Assembly (NCBI GenBank): GCA_900548505.1
Contig: URKI01000003.1
Span: 497-64,496 of the forward strand
DNA length: 64,000 bases
Reading direction: 5' to 3'
DNA from: an uncultured Oscillibacter sp.
GTDB lineage: Bacteria > Bacillota > Clostridia > Oscillospirales > Oscillospiraceae
Part shown: positions 58,741 to 64,000 of the stretch, piece after piece
How the letters are laid out: every line of letters starts with the position of its first letter
How positions within the stretch are numbered: position 1 is the first letter of the stretch
Notes under the pieces: model-generated
Databases searched by the model: none
Told to the model about the DNA's origin: nothing
What the model saw: the letters and a program-made list of their open reading frames with translations, nothing else
Translations under genes and position numbers: made by a program

Positions 58741-59802
58741 TCAAACGGTGATGTGCACAGTCAGATAGATCTGGTTGAGCCCGTGGGCCACGGCAAAGCC
58801 AAATTCCACCAAACACACGGTGGGATCATCAGCGGAGGCGGTGACCGTCACGTCGCCGTAGCTGTCGATGATCTCCGCCGCCAGCTTTTTCTCCAGCTCC
58901 ACAATGACCTGGGAGCGGATGGCGCTGCGGTTGCGGGCGGTATTTTTGGTGCGGGTGAACTTGCTGCGCAGGGCGCTGCGCACCGCGGGAATGATGTCAT
59001 CCACAATGAGGATAGTGGTCAGCTCCCGCCAGGTAGCGTCCGCCGCCTCGCCGGATTTGGAGCGGGTAGTGATACCCCGCACCGGGGAGAGGATGCCGCC
59101 GGCATACTCCAGAGGTGTTACACCGCCCCGCACCAGAAGATCGATGTCATTGTCGGTGTATGCCTCGCTCAGCCCGCCAAGGCCATTCATCTGCGCGCCG
59201 TTGAGGGGCACGGCAGGGTCCCTGACCGCGGCAATGACGCCGGCCAGAGCCGCCGCGGCAAACACGCCGGGCAGGGTCTCCCCATCCGTTCCCAGAGGAT
59301 CGGGACCCACCAGCACCACGCGCTCAGAGTTGATGGCCTCGGCGTGGCTCACCAGCTCCGCAGCGGACTCACCGCTGCCGCCCACCACAGCGATACGCTC
59401 CTTGCGGCAGGCGGAATCCTGCTCCACCGCCGTGCGCAGTGCCTGATGGACCTCCTGGTCCGGGCTGTCGCATACCACAATCTGCACGTCCGCGCCGCTC
59501 AGCGCCGCAAATGCGGACTCATAGTCGGACAGCTGGCCCGCCTCCGCCACGCGCACCGCCACCACGGTAGATGCGCCGTTTTGGAACAGCAGCTTCAAAA
59601 TGGTGCTCATACCCGGCGTCTCGTCCTGGCCGAACACCGCCGCGCCGTCTGCGTAGCCGGTCACCGTCACCGGCTGTCCCACGGTGCCCTGGACAGCCTT
59701 GGCCGCCACGCCGATGGTCCGCACCGCCTGCCCCGCCACGATGACGGCGGAGGTGTCGTAGGCCGAATACACGCCCGGACGCTCATGTCTGATCTCACTC
59801 AA
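58741..59802 (-). CDS. Contractile tail sheath protein
   Basis: TTG start behind GAAGGGAG; N-terminal RPGVYS, LVRGGVTPL, VRGITT, C-terminal LNQIYLTVHI; 353 aa. Confidence 0.88.
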   Translation of the reverse strand: MSEIRHERPGVYSAYDTSAVIVAGQAVRTIGVAAKAVQGTVGQPVTVTGYADGAAVFGQDETPGMSTILKLLFQNGASTVVAVRVAEAGQLSDYESAFAALSGADVQIVVCDSPDQEVHQALRTAVEQDSACRKERIAVVGGSGESAAELVSHAEAINSERVVLVGPDPLGTDGETLPGVFAAAALAGVIAAVRDPAVPLNGAQMNGLGGLSEAYTDNDIDLLVRGGVTPLEYAGGILSPVRGITTRSKSGEAADATWRELTTILIVDDIIPAVRSALRSKFTRTKNTARNRSAIRSQVIVELEKKLAAEIIDSYGDVTVTASADDPTVCLVEFGFAVAHGLNQIYLTVHITV

Positions 59803-60293
59803 GTCTGAACAACTCCCTTCAGTTGAAAATCCAAAAATGCGGTGCCATCCTCCGTGGTCTCCGCCACGAAAACCGCCCCGCAGCGCAGCCGCCCTCTCCG
59901 GCGGAACAGCGCCGTCTCCTTTTCCCAGACAAGCCCCTCCCAGGAAAGCTCCTCGGGCCGGATGCCGCTGGGGAGGCCCCCCAGCAGCACATCGGCAGCC
60001 TGGCAGCAGCCCTCCTGGCACTCCGACGCCTTGCCACCGTATACATCCACCCAGATCTCCGCTTCCAGCTGCTTGCCGTAAAGCTCCCGGACCGTGCCCT
60101 GCTCCGGGTCGTAGACTTCGCCCAGATAGCTGCAAAATCCCATGACCGCGCCGTCCACCGTTCCAACATCCACGGTGGCCACGGCCCCGGGGTACTCTCT
60201 GGCCCACTGGGCGGGATAGGCCTCCAGAGCCGTCATGCCCGCAGCGCGCAGCCCCTGAAGCACCGCTTCGCGGATCTTGAGAATCTCCTTCAC
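59799..60293 (-). CDS. Putative tail terminator/completion protein
   Basis: 164 aa, GTG start, immediately before the sheath. Confidence 0.55.
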   Translation of the reverse strand: MKEILKIREAVLQGLRAAGMTALEAYPAQWAREYPGAVATVDVGTVDGAVMGFCSYLGEVYDPEQGTVRELYGKQLEAEIWVDVYGGKASECQEGCCQAADVLLGGLPSGIRPEELSWEGLVWEKETALFRRRGRLRCGAVFVAETTEDGTAFLDFQLKGVVQT

Positions 60294-60613
60294 TCCGCTG
60301 CCTCCTTTTCCGTCTCCAGCAGCGCCCACCAGTAAAGGACCTCGTCTCCGATAGCATAAGGACGGGCCGAGCGCACCCGCAAGCGCGTTTCGCCCCAGAC
60401 GACCCCATCGCCGTCCCTCAGCTTTTCCTGTCCCAGGTAGAGCCACAGCCGCGTGTCCAGCCACCCCAGGCCGGTCACGGCCGAGGGCGAGCGCTCACTG
60501 TTTTCCGTCAGGGGCTGCAAAAACGCCCGGACCTGGCCGGTCGTCTCTGCCGTCTCGATCTGCAACGTCTGGCCGTAGCGCTCCATCACGCCCCTCACCC
60601 AGTCCGTCTTCAT
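60290..60613 (-). CDS. Putative head-closure protein
   Basis: 107 aa, beta-rich (VRAFLQP...GDGVVWGETRLRV); positional call. Confidence 0.55.
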   Translation of the reverse strand: MKTDWVRGVMERYGQTLQIETAETTGQVRAFLQPLTENSERSPSAVTGLGWLDTRLWLYLGQEKLRDGDGVVWGETRLRVRSARPYAIGDEVLYWWALLETEKEAAE

Positions 60614-60987
60614 CCCTTCACCCCCAAAAAGGCAAAGGAACCCGTACAGGCATAGGGTGCCATCAGCTCCTCGGCGGCGGTACGGAGGGCAGCGGCCAGG
60701 GCGGCGGACTCCGCCGCCGTTCTGCCCTGTACCGATACCTCCCCCGCCTTGAACGAGGTCACGCCCCCGGTGCCGCCGGCACCGGCCACCGCCTCCGCCG
60801 CGGCGGAAAAGGCGGCAGCGCAGGGAAGCGTTTGCCCGCAGTTCTCCTCTGTCACGCCCTGCCGCAGCCGGTCGATCCAGCGCTGGCGGGCCGCATCGCA
60901 CAGAGGCTCCAGCAGCGCCGTGTCCGTCGCCTCCAGACCGGCCAGCCGGGCCGCCAGTGCCACGATGGTCTCATCCATGCCGGTCAC
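60610..60987 (-). CDS. Putative head-tail connector/adaptor
   Basis: Helical N-terminus, VTSFKAGEVSV hairpin, LMAPY; follows the capsid gene. Confidence 0.65.
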   Translation of the reverse strand: MTGMDETIVALAARLAGLEATDTALLEPLCDAARQRWIDRLRQGVTEENCGQTLPCAAAFSAAAEAVAGAGGTGGVTSFKAGEVSVQGRTAAESAALAAALRTAAEELMAPYACTGSFAFLGVKG

Positions 60988-61007
60988 CTCCTTATTTTCG
61001 CTGCTTT

Positions 61008-62039
61008 TCAGACCGTCAGGATCTTGGATGCCTCAGGGAAGAGCTTGGCAAAGCCGGAGATAGAGGTGATGGCAGCCCGCTCCAGCTGACGGTCGATGAG
61101 CTTGTCATACTCCACGGTGATCTCGCTGCCCACGATCTGCTCCAGGGCATAGCGCTTGTCCAGGCCCACCAGGGTGCCCTCAGGCAGGGCGCTGCAGCGC
61201 AGGAGCTTGGCCCCCAGGGGCGTGGTCAGGGTGCCGGTGCCCTGGAAGTTCAGACCCGTCAGGGGATTCTGGAACTCAGGCAGTTTCAGCATGGCCAGCA
61301 TCATGTCGCCGCTCACCAGCAGGGTATTCATGGTGTAGGGATCGAACTGGCTCCAGAAGTCCACCAAAGCCTCGTAGCTCAGCGTGCCGCCGGAGCCGGA
61401 GATGGTACCGTCGCCCACGGAAAAGCGCTGGGCGGCGTTGTCGTTGCCGTCGCCCTTGTCGATGACTTCCATGGCGTCCTTGAGATGCATTTTGCCGATG
61501 TAGGCGCCGATCTGGCGCAGCGTCACGGAAAAGAGGTCCAGCCGCTGGAAGCGGATGGCCTCGTAGGACGCCACCAGCATTCTGCCGCGCTTGTGGAGAC
61601 GCACCAGATTTTCCTGGGTGCGAACGGTGGTCTCCGGAATGCGGGCGCCCTCCTCCACCCGGCGCAGGGCCTTCTCCTCCTCGCTGGGGATGGAGGCGAT
61701 GGAGCGGTAGTCCATGCCGTCAAAACGGGTAACGGTAGCGGTGATGTCGGGCAGGATGCTGCCCTCCTCCAGGCCCTGGCGCACCACACGGGAGACAAAC
61801 TCCGGGAACAGCACGGCGGATTCCGTGGTGTGGAAGAACTTTTCCACACAGTCGCTGCCGGCGCCCTTGACGCGGATGTCAAAGCGCTTGAGCTGGCGCT
61901 GGAAGGCGTCCATGCCCTCCAGACTGGTGCCCTTGTAGTGCTCGCTGGGGTCCAGCTCCTCCAGGGTCTGGGCAAAGCTGGTGCCGCTGCGGCCATACAT
62001 GCCCTTTTCCAGGCGGATGTTTTCGTAATGATAAGCCAT
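61008..62039 (-). CDS. Major capsid protein (HK97-like fold)
   Basis: LFPEFV, VEEGARIPET..L.KRGRMLVASYEAI pattern typical of HK97-fold capsids; 343 aa. Confidence 0.85.
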   Translation of the reverse strand: MAYHYENIRLEKGMYGRSGTSFAQTLEELDPSEHYKGTSLEGMDAFQRQLKRFDIRVKGAGSDCVEKFFHTTESAVLFPEFVSRVVRQGLEEGSILPDITATVTRFDGMDYRSIASIPSEEEKALRRVEEGARIPETTVRTQENLVRLHKRGRMLVASYEAIRFQRLDLFSVTLRQIGAYIGKMHLKDAMEVIDKGDGNDNAAQRFSVGDGTISGSGGTLSYEALVDFWSQFDPYTMNTLLVSGDMMLAMLKLPEFQNPLTGLNFQGTGTLTTPLGAKLLRCSALPEGTLVGLDKRYALEQIVGSEITVEYDKLIDRQLERAAITSISGFAKLFPEASKILTV

Positions 62040-62053
62040 AGTTTTCTTCCTCC

Positions 62054-62389
62054 TTACAGCACAAAGGTCACAGTCTTGCTTTCAGCTCGTACCACCAGGT
62101 ATTCCCGGCCGCCCTCGTCGGCCTTGACGCCGCCGCTGCCGTCGGCGCTGAGCTTGGCCCAGCCCACAGCAGGCGCGCTGGTGCAGGGAACCGTCACCAT
62201 GCCGCCCAGAGCCACGGAGCAGGCACCGCCGTCCCTTGCCTTGGACAGCACCACACCGCAAAAGCCATCGCCCGCGCCGCAGGGCGCCACGGTGTCGCCT
62301 GCGCTGATCTTCACCACCTGGCCCTCCTGCACGTCGCCGCAGGCAAAGGTGGCGGCCCACTGGCCGATGCCCTCATACGAAAGATTCAT
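62054..62389 (-). CDS. Capsid decoration/cement-like protein
   Basis: Small Gly-rich beta protein (GQVVK..TVAPC..FCGV..GMVTV..LSADGSGGV) between protease and capsid. Confidence 0.6.
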   Translation of the reverse strand: MNLSYEGIGQWAATFACGDVQEGQVVKISAGDTVAPCGAGDGFCGVVLSKARDGGACSVALGGMVTVPCTSAPAVGWAKLSADGSGGVKADEGGREYLVVRAESKTVTFVL

Positions 62390-62415
62390 GTTGTTTCTCC
62401 TTTCTTAGATCGTCC

Positions 62416-63294
62416 TCAGACGAGAAATACAGTTTCATCTTCCCGCTTCTTGGCGGGCGCCGCGCCCAGCTGGGGCACGGTGGGGAAACGGCGGGCCGCC
62501 TGCTTGGCGTAGCTCTTGCGCAGCGCCAGCAGCTCCGGCTCGTCCAGCTTCGCCGCCACAGCGGCAAATGCCTCCCCGTCCAGCGCGTCGTCGGAGAGCA
62601 TGGCAAGGCGCACCACCTCCCGGCGCAGGGAGGCAAGATACTTCACGCCCAGTGCCGCCTGCTTGCGAAGCGCCGCCGTGTCCTCACTCTCCTGGCAAAA
62701 GCGTTTCAGAATGCCGGCGCTCCGCTGAGCGGGCACCGCCACGAAGGACCATTCATAGGCATCCAGCGGCTCCCGCAGCTCCCGGAAGCACAGCTTTCCG
62801 CCATAGCACTGCCCCTTTTCGTGGCCGCAGCCGTCCGCGGCGCCGCAGATGGAGCAAACGCTCTTGCCCATGCTGCACCCCACGCTCACCTCTTTTTTGA
62901 TGCCGCCCTCGATCTCGGCGATAAGCTCTGCGTTTTTCTCCGTCCGCAGCAGATATGCCCATCCCTTGAGCCAGCGGTACTCGTCTCCCGCCTCCGTGGT
63001 TTTGGCCGCCTCCCGGATCACTTCCGTGCGGTAGATGCGGGCCGTCTGGCCCTGGGCGGACCACTGGTGGTCAAATACGCCGCTCTTTCCCAGGAAGAGC
63101 CGCCCCAGCTCCTCCAGAGCATCGGGGTCGAACCGCTCCAGATCCCGGTCCACCTCATTGTCGCAAAGGCGCACGGCAAAGGTGTATACCTGCTCCGGCG
63201 CAAGCGGCGTTTTTGCCAGGCGGTTGATCTCCGCCAGCGCCTGTTCGTCCGGTGTCCCCGGCTCCATGGTGGTCTGTTCCTTGCGAATGTCCAT
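62416..63294 (-). CDS. Prohead maturation protease with helical scaffold-like C-terminus
   Basis: DH.W, EVSVGCS, CSICG..C.H..G..Y.GK.C, EWSFVAVPA. Confidence 0.75.
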   Translation of the reverse strand: MDIRKEQTTMEPGTPDEQALAEINRLAKTPLAPEQVYTFAVRLCDNEVDRDLERFDPDALEELGRLFLGKSGVFDHQWSAQGQTARIYRTEVIREAAKTTEAGDEYRWLKGWAYLLRTEKNAELIAEIEGGIKKEVSVGCSMGKSVCSICGAADGCGHEKGQCYGGKLCFRELREPLDAYEWSFVAVPAQRSAGILKRFCQESEDTAALRKQAALGVKYLASLRREVVRLAMLSDDALDGEAFAAVAAKLDEPELLALRKSYAKQAARRFPTVPQLGAAPAKKREDETVFLV

Positions 63295-63309
63295 GATTCA
63301 CTCCTTTGC

Positions 63310-64000
63310 TCATTCTCCGGCAGCGCCGGTGTTCTGCTCCGCCGCGTCGTTTTCCAGCTGCAATTTCCGGGCCTGCTCCCGATAGAGGGCAGCCCGTGCC
63401 TCCTCCACCTCGTCCTGGAGGTTAATGTCGTCCCATACCACCTCAAAGCCGCAGGTGTAGCCGTGCATCCTGAGCCACAGCCGTGCGATTCGCTCCAGTG
63501 CAGGAGTCAGCGAGCGGCGGATGGCGGTGATCTCCGTAGTGAGGAGGTCTGCCTGCTGGCTGCTCATGCGCTCAGTGGAGCTCCAGCTCAGCCCCAGCAT
63601 GAACGGAGGGATGCCGGTCTTGGCCACGATCTGCTCCAGGATCTGGCGCACGGGTACCTCGCTGTCCAGAATGGGGGCGTCGCCGCCGATGACCTTGATG
63701 TCCACGTCTCCCACGGCCACGAAGTCCCGTACCCGGCCTCCGCGGGTATCCTGCATGGCCCTGGACCACTCCTCGGCCAACTGGCGGCTGCGCTCGGCAG
63801 CCTGTCCCTCTCCGCTGCGGCAGGTAACGGCAAAGCGCACGTTGCCGCATCGTTCCCAGTTGACGCCGATGGTGTGGTAGATCTTCATGAGGATGTCCGC
63901 CAGAAACGGCATGGACCGCAGCAGCGACACGCCGTAGGGGTTGGCAGCCTCCGGGTGCAGGGGCGTGAACAGCAGCAACGATTGGTCCGGCAGGGGACGC
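63310..64000 (-). CDS. Portal protein, 5' part outside window
   Basis: NPYGVSLL, IVAKTGIPPFMLG..STE motifs typical of portals; precedes the protease. Confidence 0.75.
   Translation of the reverse strand, partial: RPLPDQSLLLFTPLHPEAANPYGVSLLRSMPFLADILMKIYHTIGVNWERCGNVRFAVTCRSGEGQAAERSRQLAEEWSRAMQDTRGGRVRDFVAVGDVDIKVIGGDAPILDSEVPVRQILEQIVAKTGIPPFMLGLSWSSTERMSSQQADLLTTEITAIRRSLTPALERIARLWLRMHGYTCGFEVVWDDINLQDEVEEARAALYREQARKLQLENDAAEQNTGAAGE

Larger units (their letters stand above)
53529..64000 (-). mobile_element. Phage-derived head plus contractile-tail structural operon (domesticated element or prophage remnant); continues past the window edge
   Basis: Sixteen contiguous same-strand genes in canonical myophage order, with mostly abutting or overlapping stop/start codons. 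Confidence 0.85.

Noticed and set aside
49217..64000. tRNA-Leu as the attachment site of the phage-like operon
   Set aside because: No integrase and no extended duplication of the tRNA 3' end in the window, and unrelated genes intervene. It cannot be fully excluded without the other end.

Overview
GC-rich chromosomal window from a spore-forming Firmicute; gene content and protein style suggest Oscillospiraceae (Oscillibacter/Dysosmobacter-like), which is an inference. Positions 1-49000 are mostly housekeeping and sporulation genes: spo0A, spoIVB, a dcw cluster (mraZ-rsmH-ftsL-pbp-murE-mraY-ftsW-murG-murA-ftsQ-ftsZ), rsmD-coaD, Asp23-DAK2, a two-gene SufCB-type system, glpK, bioY with a BirA operator, T-box-controlled cysE-cysS, a LexA-box-led DUF1385-prmC-recA-recX-rimO-pgsA operon and a two-component system. 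A tRNA-Leu(CAA) at 49217 is followed by three homologous hairpin elements, showing compensatory base changes, that bracket two unrelated accessory genes. The last 10.5 kb (minus strand, cut by the window edge) is a compact, intact, host-like phage-structural operon: portal, prohead protease, decoration protein, major capsid, connectors, a short contractile sheath, tube, chaperone, a 182-aa protein in the tape-measure slot, LysM protein, hub, spike and baseplate wedges. It ends at a terminator with no tail fibre, lysis or integrase genes, so it is a candidate domesticated capsid-plus-contractile-tail particle (GTA/PBSX/CIS-like). A Cys-rich uORF between the Cys T-box and cysE also stands out. 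All family calls come from motif recognition by eye; no database search was run.
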